A DNA stretch of 37,186 nt from Opitutales bacterium (lineage in GTDB: Bacteria > Verrucomicrobiota > Verrucomicrobiia > Opitutales > UBA953), in contig JBBAUX010000006.1 in the NCBI GenBank assembly GCA_040398005.1, positions 83,854 to 121,039 of the forward strand. Reading direction: 5' to 3'. Shown here one piece after another: positions 7,947 through 16,594 of the stretch (its first letter is position 1; each line of letters begins with the position of its first letter). The position numbers and the translations under genes were made by a program. The notes under the pieces are model-generated. The model was not told the origin of the DNA and made no database searches. It saw only the letters and a list, made by a program, of their open reading frames with translations.

Positions 7947-10850
7947 ATGGCTCCACGTCAGCCGTTGCCGAACATCTCCGAAGACGAGCTCATTGAGCTC
8001 GCCGGTGGAGCCACTATGCTCCTCGCCAAGGAGCTGATTGCCAAAAGCAAAGTAAAGAAGGCCAATTGGACTTTTCCCGAAGTTAAAGCGGTGGTCGATG
8101 ACGGTAAAGAATCGCGTGAGGCCATTTGGAATTTAAGGTCAATCACCTTCCAGCGCAATGAGTGCGCCTGCGAAGTTTCCTTGGTTCAACGCAAACTCTG
8201 CGTCCACTCCTTGGCAGCGTATTTAGTTTTAGCGGTTAAAGAAGGTTATCTCAAACTCACCGATGAGATTGAGCCAACTAAGGTAAAAACCAATGCAGAC
8301 AAGCTGGCGGAAGAAAAGAATACCGCCCCCGCCAATAATTTATCGAGTAGCGGTCCCAAGTTACGCTCGATTAATCTTTCTCCGAAAAAAGGTGATCCCA
8401 TTGAAGTCCGCTTTATTATTCCACCGAATATTGCGACCTCTTCACAACGAGATGAAATTATTTGTCGTCTAGAATTACGCATTAACGACATCCAAGTGGC
8501 GCCAGAAAATATTGATCGGACGAAGGCGTGGACGATTGAGACCGATACGGTTATTTTCCTGTCGATTTTAGAGAACCTTTGTAACGGAAAACTCCAAGGA
8601 ATCCTCCCGCTCACGCGTCGACACCTGCGACAACTTCTAGCCTTCGGAAAAGACCTCACCATTTTCCGGATGGCGAACGCACCGGAAACACCGATGGAGT
8701 GGAATGGCACCCAACTCGCGGGGGTGCATGAATATTTAGACGACCCTAATCCCACTCCGCAAACGACAGCGAACGGAGAAGAGTTAGATGACGAGAAAGA
8801 AGAAATTCGCGCGCAAGATCGGGGCAGCGAAGATACCACTTGGGTGGATGGTTCGATGAAGTGGCTACGCATTCGCCTACCGCAAAAAGCTGGCGGAGCA
8901 GTCGCTGAATTGCGTGAAGTTTTACAACGTAGTGGATTTATTTTAGAAACCAGTACGCGGGAGTGGAGATTAGGCGGCACGATTCAGGTCCTGAATTTTT
9001 TGGCCCGACATCACAAAATTCTTTGCGAAGATAACCATGCCTATTTTACACACAATTTATCGCACTCGCTACGTAATGTGCAGTTAGCCAAAGTAAAATG
9101 TGCAGCCGCTGAAGATACCGAAGGCTATCGTTTTGCCATCGGCATTGATCCGGAAGGCAAAACACCGAAAGTCGTTCAAGAGGCCTTAGCCAGTGGTAGA
9201 ATGTTCTTCTATACTGACCGCGGGCCTCGTCTGATTACCCCCGAATTACTTGAGTCAATTCGCAATGCCCAACGTCGTATCACCGGCGAATCCAAGCGCG
9301 ATGTAGACTTAGATATGGATTTGAAAATCGGCTTTGCTGACTTAGCGAGTGCCGACGCGATTGCCGAAGAATTACAAGCGGCCTTTGCTCCTCCCGAAAC
9401 TTGGACCAAACGTTCCGATGCAATTCGGAATCTCTCAAAATTACAGCCCGCACCCATTCGTGAAGAATTGGATCAGATGCTGCGCATCTATCAAAAATTA
9501 GGCGTCGCGTGGTTATGGCACTTACACCGAAATAATTTAGGCGGTTTACTCGCTGACGAAATGGGTCTCGGTAAGACTGTTCAAGCGTTGGCTTTCATGG
9601 AAGTGGTACGCCGAGAACGTCCGGCCGACGGACCCTGTCTCGTCATCTGCCCTGCTTCGTTGGTTGAAAATTGGCGACGGGAAGCTCGCAGATTTACGCC
9701 GAGCATGAAAGTTTTACCGCACCACGGTCAGTTCCGTGAATCATCGCCCGAATTCTTAAAGCGTTACGATTTAGTCATTACCTCTTACGGTACATTGGCC
9801 CGCGATATCGGCTCCTTCTCAATGGTTAATTGGGGGGTGGCGATTTGCGATGAAGGGCAGAATATTAAAAACCCCCGAGCGCAGTCGACCAAGGCCGTCA
9901 AACAACTCATCGCTAAAGGTCGTTATATTTTAACCGGTACGCCTGTGGAAAACTCACTCGAAGACCTTCGTTCCCTCTTTGGTTACCTGATGCCTGGTTA
10001 TTTACCTAAGGTTGAAGAGCGTATTGCAATTGACGACCGTAAGTGGCACGACGACCGATTATTACAAATGGCAGCGCCGTATTTACTACGTCGTTCGAAG
10101 GTGGCCGTAGCTCCGGAGTTACCCGCGAAGATTGAACAAATCATTTACTGTGACTTCGAAGACAATCAGAAGAAGTTCTACGACGAGATGCAGGAGAACA
10201 CACGTAAGGAAATTTTCGAAATGGAAATGAGCGGGGCCAAGGAAGCCAGCATTCGAATGGCGGCGTTTAATCAATTACTTCGTCTCCGTCAGATTTGTGC
10301 CGACCCGCGTATTCTGGATCCGAAAATGGATGAGGCCGATTCAGCAAAACTGCAGGCCTTCCTAGAATTACTAGAAGAATCCAAAGATGCTAATCACCGC
10401 ATGTTAGTCTTCTCCACTTTCGTATCTGCGCTTAAAATTCTCAGGAAAGCACTCGAAGAAAGAGGCGTCAAATATTGCTACCTCGATGGTTCCACGACCG
10501 ATCGACAATCCGTTTGCGATAAATTTAACAGTTCGCCTGATATTCCGGTTATGCTCATGTCGCTTAAAGCAGGTGGCACCGGGCTTAATCTCACAGGTGC
10601 CGACACCGTGGTTCACTTCGACCCTTGGTGGAATCCAGCAGCAGAAGCTCAGGCGACGGACCGCGCACACCGCATTGGGCAGACTCGCACGGTCACCAGT
10701 ATTAAATTAATTGCAACGGGGACGATTGAAGAACGCGTGATGGATTTACAGAAATCGAAGTCAGAAATGTTGCGTAAACTCTTGAGTGAGTCAGACTCTG
10801 TCTCCTCAGCCATCAGCTTGGATGACATCAAAGCTCTCCTCACTGTCTAA
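7947..10850 (+). CDS. SWIM zinc-finger SNF2/SWI2-family helicase
   Basis: SWIM CACx8CVH; LADEMGLGKT, CDEGQNIKN, TGTPVEN, SLKAGGTGLNL and DPWWNPAAEAQATDRAHRIGQ motifs. Confidence 0.95.
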   Translation: MAPRQPLPNISEDELIELAGGATMLLAKELIAKSKVKKANWTFPEVKAVVDDGKESREAIWNLRSITFQRNECACEVSLVQRKLCVHSLAAYLVLAVKEGYLKLTDEIEPTKVKTNADKLAEEKNTAPANNLSSSGPKLRSINLSPKKGDPIEVRFIIPPNIATSSQRDEIICRLELRINDIQVAPENIDRTKAWTIETDTVIFLSILENLCNGKLQGILPLTRRHLRQLLAFGKDLTIFRMANAPETPMEWNGTQLAGVHEYLDDPNPTPQTTANGEELDDEKEEIRAQDRGSEDTTWVDGSMKWLRIRLPQKAGGAVAELREVLQRSGFILETSTREWRLGGTIQVLNFLARHHKILCEDNHAYFTHNLSHSLRNVQLAKVKCAAAEDTEGYRFAIGIDPEGKTPKVVQEALASGRMFFYTDRGPRLITPELLESIRNAQRRITGESKRDVDLDMDLKIGFADLASADAIAEELQAAFAPPETWTKRSDAIRNLSKLQPAPIREELDQMLRIYQKLGVAWLWHLHRNNLGGLLADEMGLGKTVQALAFMEVVRRERPADGPCLVICPASLVENWRREARRFTPSMKVLPHHGQFRESSPEFLKRYDLVITSYGTLARDIGSFSMVNWGVAICDEGQNIKNPRAQSTKAVKQLIAKGRYILTGTPVENSLEDLRSLFGYLMPGYLPKVEERIAIDDRKWHDDRLLQMAAPYLLRRSKVAVAPELPAKIEQIIYCDFEDNQKKFYDEMQENTRKEIFEMEMSGAKEASIRMAAFNQLLRLRQICADPRILDPKMDEADSAKLQAFLELLEESKDANHRMLVFSTFVSALKILRKALEERGVKYCYLDGSTTDRQSVCDKFNSSPDIPVMLMSLKAGGTGLNLTGADTVVHFDPWWNPAAEAQATDRAHRIGQTRTVTSIKLIATGTIEERVMDLQKSKSEMLRKLLSESDSVSSAISLDDIKALLTV

Positions 10851-10852
10851 TC

Positions 10853-11821
10853 ATGCTTTCCTCACTCATCCGTAGAAAAAGAGAACGTAGCGAGATGACT
10901 TTCCTCGAGCACATTGAAGATCTGCGTGTTTCAGTGATTCGTGTTTTAATGGTCTTTGCGGTAGGAATGGTGGCGGCTCTGATTTACTATGAGTATATTC
11001 CTAGTCTGCTCAGTCTTCCCTTAAATTGGGCTAAAAATCCGGAGACCTCTCCCCTGCACTTTATTATGGGTCGGGCGGATGAGTCATTAAAGTCTATGAG
11101 CGAACTCAAAGAATTTACTTTCATGGGGGTGTGGTCGGTTTTAATGTATGCTGCATTCTCAGCGGGCGTGGCGGTGGCCTCCCCAGTCTTTCTTTATGAA
11201 ACTGCACGGTTCGTTGGGCCGGCGTTAACGGCGAAAGAGAAGAAAGCGTTGATTCCATTTTGTGTTGCGGCCTTTTTTCTTTTCTTAGCGGGAGCGGCGC
11301 TCGCGTTTTTCTGGCTGACGCCTATTTCCATTCAAGTCTGGCACCATTTCGCCTCAGGTATGGGCATGGAAGTGATCTGGAAAGCCTCTGACTACTTTGG
11401 GCTCGTCACCATGATGAGTTTAATCACCGGAATCACTTTCCAGTTTCCGTTAGCGCTGATTATTTTAATGTGGACGGAAATTGTTCGTCCGAAAACTCTA
11501 CTCAAACATTGGCGAGGGATGCTTTTTGGTATCGTCATTGTGGTTGGCGTACTTACGCCGATTGGCGATATCATTTCGTTAGCGATTTTAACGAGTATTC
11601 TCTTTAGTTTCTATTTACTCGCGATTGGACTGGGCAGCATGCTGGTGCGTCGCAAGCGAGTCGCACGAGGCGACAAGCCGTATCCTGAAGAAGATGAACC
11701 CTACGATTTAGACGATGAGGATGACGATGAAGAGGATAGCGAAAAGAATGTCAAAAAGCCTGCTTCTAAGCCCAAATCGAGTCCACCCTCGACCGATGGT
11801 GATATCAGTTCCTTAGACTAA
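10853..11821 (+). CDS. tatC: Twin-arginine translocase subunit TatC, with long acidic C-terminal tail
   Basis: MTFLEHIEDLR, FVGPALTAKEK, FQFP and LTP motifs; about six hydrophobic segments. Confidence 0.93.
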   Translation: MLSSLIRRKRERSEMTFLEHIEDLRVSVIRVLMVFAVGMVAALIYYEYIPSLLSLPLNWAKNPETSPLHFIMGRADESLKSMSELKEFTFMGVWSVLMYAAFSAGVAVASPVFLYETARFVGPALTAKEKKALIPFCVAAFFLFLAGAALAFFWLTPISIQVWHHFASGMGMEVIWKASDYFGLVTMMSLITGITFQFPLALIILMWTEIVRPKTLLKHWRGMLFGIVIVVGVLTPIGDIISLAILTSILFSFYLLAIGLGSMLVRRKRVARGDKPYPEEDEPYDLDDEDDDEEDSEKNVKKPASKPKSSPPSTDGDISSLD

Positions 11822-11864
11822 TCTAGCGGACTTTTAAAATTATACCTTAGATGTAACCTAGCAC

Positions 11865-11893
11865 TTGCCAGCGTTGCGTGGCTGGGACACTTT
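11865..11893 (+). promoter_or_regulatory. Putative sigma70 promoter for leaderless polyprenyl synthetase gene
   Basis: TTGCCA-17 nt-CACTTT-6 nt-GTG(11900). Confidence 0.55.
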
Positions 11894-11899
11894 GCGGAA

Positions 11900-12850
11900 G
11901 TGAATATCGACCTCCATGCAGGATTTGAGACCCACTTCGCGGCGCTTAAAACTTTTCTTGAAGAACAAGAAAGCTGTTTCGAGCCTGAAGTGCATCCCTT
12001 ACTTCGTGGAGTTTTAGCACATCCTGGAAAAAGATTACGACCCCTATTAGCTTTTGGTTCGGGTGCCGGAGTGGGTCCACACGCTTCCCTTATTAAAGGA
12101 GCGGCCATTGTTGAGCTAGTGCATTTAGCCACCTTGATTCACGACGATGTGTTAGACGGTGCGGATAAGCGACATGGAGCGGATACACCCAACCAGATAT
12201 ACGGTGCCCATGCGGCGGTATTATTTGGTGATGCTTTATTTGCTCACGCGCTCGTTTTGGCCAGCGATCACACGTCATCAGAAATTTGTTCGATTGTGGC
12301 ACGGGCATCGCGCGATGTCTGTTCGGGCGAAGTCTGCCAAACTTTTGCGCGGGGCAATACGGGATTAACGCTGGAGGAATACCGTAAGCAAATCCGCATG
12401 AAAACGGCGGTATTATTTGAAGCCTCCTGCCGCGTCGGTGCCCTTTTAGCCGGTCATCCTCGTGAGCATATTGAAGCCTGTGCGCAGTTTGGATCGCACC
12501 TCGGTATTGCGTATCAAATCTACGATGACTTCGTTGATTTATTACAGGACGACAAACGGGCGGGGAAAACCTTGGGGACAGATGCAGCCAGTGGAAAACT
12601 TACCTTACCGATGATTTTAGAACGCAATCGTCGCGGCGGCGATCCCGCAAAAGAAATTCGAGAGGGGGCTAATCCTCGAAAAGTTATTTCGTCCGAAACC
12701 TGGCGTGAATGCTTCCGCGCACTCGATGCTGAGATTGCACAAGCAGAACAAGCGCTGGTACCAATCGCAGGCACACCATCACCCGTTCACCTTCTTCGAT
12801 TAACCGAATATTTAAAATTCAGTGCGGCAAAACTTGCGCCGGCCCCATGA
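11900..12850 (+). CDS. Long-chain trans-polyprenyl diphosphate synthase (IspB-like)
   Basis: GKRLRP, LIHDDVLD (FARM), KTA, YQIYDDFVD (SARM) and GKLTLP motifs. Confidence 0.93.
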   Translation: MNIDLHAGFETHFAALKTFLEEQESCFEPEVHPLLRGVLAHPGKRLRPLLAFGSGAGVGPHASLIKGAAIVELVHLATLIHDDVLDGADKRHGADTPNQIYGAHAAVLFGDALFAHALVLASDHTSSEICSIVARASRDVCSGEVCQTFARGNTGLTLEEYRKQIRMKTAVLFEASCRVGALLAGHPREHIEACAQFGSHLGIAYQIYDDFVDLLQDDKRAGKTLGTDAASGKLTLPMILERNRRGGDPAKEIREGANPRKVISSETWRECFRALDAEIAQAEQALVPIAGTPSPVHLLRLTEYLKFSAAKLAPAP

Positions 12851-12924
12851 AATTATTTTTAACGACTTACTACGAACGAATCGCCCTAGCATTCGTTCTC
12901 AGTAGTTGGATGGTTTGTGCACTT

Positions 12925-13464
12925 TTATTGGCGATTTGGCGCGCGCTCTGAAGTTGCAGAAAAATACCGCTGCACGTTAAAGCCACGAGCGGTCAGGGCC
13001 TCTTTAAGTTGCGCGAGATTAATGGTATCACCCGCATTCACTTGCGAAGCGGCATACCAACCAGCGGGCATTTCGATACTGAAGCGAATGCGTGAAGATT
13101 GTGAAGTCACCTCGGTGAGGTCGTCTGCTTTCATCGTGCGGATTTCAGCAATGACTCCATCGGCCTGCACGAAGGCGATATCCAAATCCAGCGGAGTATC
13201 CTTCATCCAAAAGCGCATCACTTGATCGGCCTCATACATGAAAATCATCCCCGTATCCGTTGGTAATTTTTCAACGCCCATGAGTCCGCGACTCTTTTCG
13301 AGGTCAGTGCCAGCAATCTTAAGATGCGTTACCTTGCTTCCTTGTTGAATCGTAAAAACGGTATCGATCCCTGCCTCTTGAATCACTTTATGAGCGGATG
13401 GCCTGGTGAGCTGATCGCAGGAACTGAACGCCAAGGTCAGAGCGATTAAAGCGATTCGAAGCAT
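12925..13464 (-). CDS. DUF192 family lipoprotein
   Basis: RGLMG, GMIFMY, FWMKDTPLDLDIAFV and IEMPAGW motifs. Start ATG 13464 gives signal peptide MLRIALIALTLAFSSC with a lipobox Cys. Confidence 0.88.
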   Translation of the reverse strand: MLRIALIALTLAFSSCDQLTRPSAHKVIQEAGIDTVFTIQQGSKVTHLKIAGTDLEKSRGLMGVEKLPTDTGMIFMYEADQVMRFWMKDTPLDLDIAFVQADGVIAEIRTMKADDLTEVTSQSSRIRFSIEMPAGWYAASQVNAGDTINLAQLKEALTARGFNVQRYFSATSERAPNRQ

Positions 13465-13518
13465 GCGTAAGATTTTCCTAGGGTTGCGCAATTGGCAAGA
13501 GTGGCTTGAAATATGTTT

Positions 13519-14235
13519 ATGGCAGACGACCGCCAAGCCCACTGGCTCAATGCACAAACCGCGCTCAATTATGCGAGAGCGGCCGTGCAGGTCGGTCTCT
13601 GGGCATCGGAACGGATTTTAATTCATCAAACCTTTCCGAATAAATCTGCCAAGATATTGGAACTGGGGTGTGGCGGGGGTCGAGTGGGATTGGGTCTAGT
13701 GAAAGACGGCTACCATCATCTAACCGTCACCGATTTTTCATCTGTGATGGTCGATATTACCCAAGGGGTTTTTGCCGAAGCGGGTATGGCTCAATCGGCG
13801 ACCATCGAAATCGCCAATGCCTGTAGATTAACCTATCCTGATCGGTCGTGGGATGGTGTAGTCTTTGCGTTTAATGGACTCATGTGCCTGAGGGGTCAAA
13901 CCGACCGCCTGGAGGCGCTGGCAGAGATTTATCGGGTGCTTAAACCTGGTGGTAAATTTCTTTTCTCGGCGAATGATCGCGAGAAAGGCGAGCATGTGGA
14001 CTTATGGAAAAATGAATCCGTTCTGCCGGGATGTCAAAAGGGTGATCGCTGGCATGAAACGGATTCCACTCCCGTCTTTATGCATAGCAGCACGGAGAGT
14101 GAAACCCGTCAGGAACTTCTGAATACGGGATTTAAAGTCATCCATAGCACACTTCGGTCAGAAGTAGCTTTGGAAGATTCCCGCGTTAAAAACTTCGCAG
14201 GCGAAACCCGCTTTTATATCGCAGAGCGTGAGTGA
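13519..14235 (+). CDS. Class I SAM-dependent methyltransferase (alternative start 13513)
   Basis: ILELGCGGGR motif I, TDFS and EIYRVLKPGGKFLFS. Confidence 0.88.
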   Translation: MADDRQAHWLNAQTALNYARAAVQVGLWASERILIHQTFPNKSAKILELGCGGGRVGLGLVKDGYHHLTVTDFSSVMVDITQGVFAEAGMAQSATIEIANACRLTYPDRSWDGVVFAFNGLMCLRGQTDRLEALAEIYRVLKPGGKFLFSANDREKGEHVDLWKNESVLPGCQKGDRWHETDSTPVFMHSSTESETRQELLNTGFKVIHSTLRSEVALEDSRVKNFAGETRFYIAERE

Positions 14236-14961
14236 TTACTCGCTGCGGCGACCCATGAAGAATTGGATCACGTAAAAGAGTAAGGTGACGAAGGCTGAGA
14301 ATAAAATAAAGGCTGCCATCACGTAGTCTTCAGTGCTGCAGCTATTCTTAATCTGGTGAGTCTGATAAAGGATGACCGTAGCCATCAATAGAATCATCGC
14401 TAAAGCGAACCATGTGCCGGGGTTGATACCCATAATGCTGAACATAATCACTGCACCGATTGCACAAATGGAACCAATCACAATGACGATACGTAAGAAC
14501 GAGAAATCTACCTGAGTGAATTGTACTGCGAGTGTGAGACCTAAAACTAAAGCACCGGTAAGAGCACAAGCCGGCATGAGAATAGTTTCAGCATTACCGC
14601 CGGTCTTTAATGCCACAATATAGATGAGTGGTATAAAGATGAGAGCCTCTAACAAAACATAGAGTCCGAGACCTGCGTATTGAGACTCGCGAGAGGCACC
14701 ATTAGCAGCGAGTTTTTGTGCATAATACGTGCCAGCCCAGAATACTAACATCACGATCAGCCAAGTAAAACCGCCAAGGGAGTTAAACATGGCACCCAGC
14801 GTGCTCATGAAAATATCGGCAACCGGCGTGAGTTTAAAGAAAGTGTAAAGTAAACCAGCAAAGCCAGCGAAGGCTAAGGCAACGAGGCCGTAGGTTTTAC
14901 GGTAGAATTGAGCAGCGTCAATCGGGTCAGCTTGTGCGACGAGTCGTGAGGTGTTTTCCAT
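14236..14961 (-). CDS. Bax inhibitor-1 / YccA-like 7-TM membrane protein (alternative start 14970)
   Basis: About seven TM segments; FYRKTYGLVA, DFSFL, ILYQT and EDYVMAAFILF motifs. Confidence 0.82.
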   Translation of the reverse strand: MENTSRLVAQADPIDAAQFYRKTYGLVALAFAGFAGLLYTFFKLTPVADIFMSTLGAMFNSLGGFTWLIVMLVFWAGTYYAQKLAANGASRESQYAGLGLYVLLEALIFIPLIYIVALKTGGNAETILMPACALTGALVLGLTLAVQFTQVDFSFLRIVIVIGSICAIGAVIMFSIMGINPGTWFALAMILLMATVILYQTHQIKNSCSTEDYVMAAFILFSAFVTLLFYVIQFFMGRRSE

Positions 14962-15100
14962 AGTCATCATTTTATCTGTTTTTTCGGTCAGTCAAGCCTG
15001 ACACGATTTTACCATAAACCCCCACCCTTTCTGTGGAGCATAATGCCCAAGTTGTCACGGTTGCTTAGCACAATTCAACGCATGAAATAGCCTTCAGATT

Positions 15101-15832
15101 ATGAAAACCTCTCTAAAAGACAACTTAAAGAAAAAGCCCAGAGACACAGCCCCACCGCCTCTCCCTGCGGCTGATTTACGTAAGACGATTCTGATTGTCG
15201 AAGATCAAGCGGCGATTCGAGAAATGATCATGGAGGTTCTCAAGTCGTACAATCAGTTCAAAATCGTAGGTACGGCAGCCGAGGGGCAAGCGGCGGTGGA
15301 ATTAGCACTACGATTAAGACCCGACGTTTTATTGCTCGATGTATTAATGCCTGGTTTAAGCGGTATCGAAGTTTTACGACGGTTAAATAAATCGATTCCC
15401 CGAATGCGCGTGGTGGTGTTTTCGGCGAAACAGGAGCCACAAATAATCCGCGGACTCATCCAAGAAGGCATGCATGGGTTCGTTAATAAAAATTCTTCGC
15501 TCTCCGAACTTCGACAGGCACTCGATAAAGTTTCACAAGGTGAGAACTGGTACAACGATACATTTAGTCAAACCGTCCGAGAGGCACTCGCTAAACCCAA
15601 TTCACATGCTGACTCCATGATCGAATTACTCACACCACGCGAACGAGAAATCACCGTGCTCATTGCCCGAAGTAATAGCAGTAAAGAAGTCGCGAGCCAA
15701 CTGAACATCAGCTTAAAAACATCGGAGAACCATCGAGCAAACTTAATGCGTAAATTAGGGGTCCATGACGTCGCGGGCTTGGTGCGGTTTGCGGTACGTC
15801 ATGGTCTCGTCGACCCATCCATCGACCCGTAA
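15101..15832 (+). CDS. NarL/FixJ-family response regulator (REC + LuxR HTH)
   Basis: ILIVEDQ, LLLDVLMP (phosphoacceptor Asp), FVNK; LTPREREI...ISLKTSENHRANLMRKL. Confidence 0.95.
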   Translation: MKTSLKDNLKKKPRDTAPPPLPAADLRKTILIVEDQAAIREMIMEVLKSYNQFKIVGTAAEGQAAVELALRLRPDVLLLDVLMPGLSGIEVLRRLNKSIPRMRVVVFSAKQEPQIIRGLIQEGMHGFVNKNSSLSELRQALDKVSQGENWYNDTFSQTVREALAKPNSHADSMIELLTPREREITVLIARSNSSKEVASQLNISLKTSENHRANLMRKLGVHDVAGLVRFAVRHGLVDPSIDP

Positions 15833-15837
15833 TGTCA

Positions 15838-15855
15838 ATAGGGTAAACACCCCAT
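15838..15855. promoter_or_regulatory. 18-bp imperfect palindrome, candidate NarL/LuxR-type binding site
   Basis: ATAGGGT-AAAC-ACCCCAT (6 of 7 arm positions pair), upstream of TTTACG-17 nt-TAATCT and the second regulator. Confidence 0.5.
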
Positions 15856-15901
15856 ATACTTAAAGTTTTCTTTACGCTCTAAATCACTCATTTTAATCTC
15901 A

Positions 15902-16585
15902 ATGATACCACAGAGTATTACTACGCCGCGTAGTCCATCGGTGATGATTATTGAGGACCAGACGGTGGTCAGAGAAATGTTAATGCACGTCATCGAAGAA
16001 AAATTAAATTATGCGGTGGTGGCGACGGCTTCGACGGGTAAAGAAGGAGTCGAATTAGCGCTGCACCATCAGCCCGATATTCTTATTTTAGATATAAGAT
16101 TACCCGACATCAGTGGAGTAGAGGTTTTGTATCGTTTAAAGAATACCTATCCCGAAATTAAAATTTTAGTTTTTTCAGGAAAAATCGAGGGTAAGATTGC
16201 GCGGTGCCTGGTTCGCGATGGCGTGCGAGGATTTGTCAGTAAGAACGAAAATATGAGCCAATTAAAAACTGCTTTAGAAATTATTGCCCGAGGAGAAACC
16301 TGTTTTAGTCATGAGTTTAATGATGCACTCATTACCGCACTGAAAAATCCCGAAGTGACGGTGGATCAGATGGCGATGATGTTAACAGACCGAGAACGTG
16401 AGGTGGCGGTGATGATTGCAAAGAGCTTTTCTAGTAAAGAAGTCGCTGTGGAACTTAATATAAGTGTCAAAACCGCTCAAAACCATCGCACCAACTTGAT
16501 GAGAAAGCTTAATGTTCATGATTCTGCTGGGGTTATAAGATTTGTTATTCGTCAAGGGTTGTATGACCCCTGCGAAGGACTCTAA
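15902..16585 (+). CDS. NarL/FixJ-family response regulator, paralogue of the upstream gene
   Basis: VMIIEDQ, LILDIRLP, FVSK; LTDREREV...ISVKTAQNHRTNLMRKL. Confidence 0.95.
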   Translation: MIPQSITTPRSPSVMIIEDQTVVREMLMHVIEEKLNYAVVATASTGKEGVELALHHQPDILILDIRLPDISGVEVLYRLKNTYPEIKILVFSGKIEGKIARCLVRDGVRGFVSKNENMSQLKTALEIIARGETCFSHEFNDALITALKNPEVTVDQMAMMLTDREREVAVMIAKSFSSKEVAVELNISVKTAQNHRTNLMRKLNVHDSAGVIRFVIRQGLYDPCEGL

Positions 16586-16594
16586 GGTAGCGGG

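Noticed and set aside
8246..8980. 244-aa minus-strand ORF inside the SNF2 gene
   Set aside because: Fully antisense to a real gene, Ser/Arg-rich, with no recognisable motifs.
7947..10850. SNF2 helicase as part of an anti-phage defence system
   Set aside because: SWIM-SNF2 architecture in a housekeeping context, with no nuclease, DNA methylase or other defence partner adjacent.
13468..13480. TAAGATTTTCCTA resembling an RcsAB box
   Set aside because: One base short of the consensus spacing and better explained as the -10 region of the DUF192 promoter.
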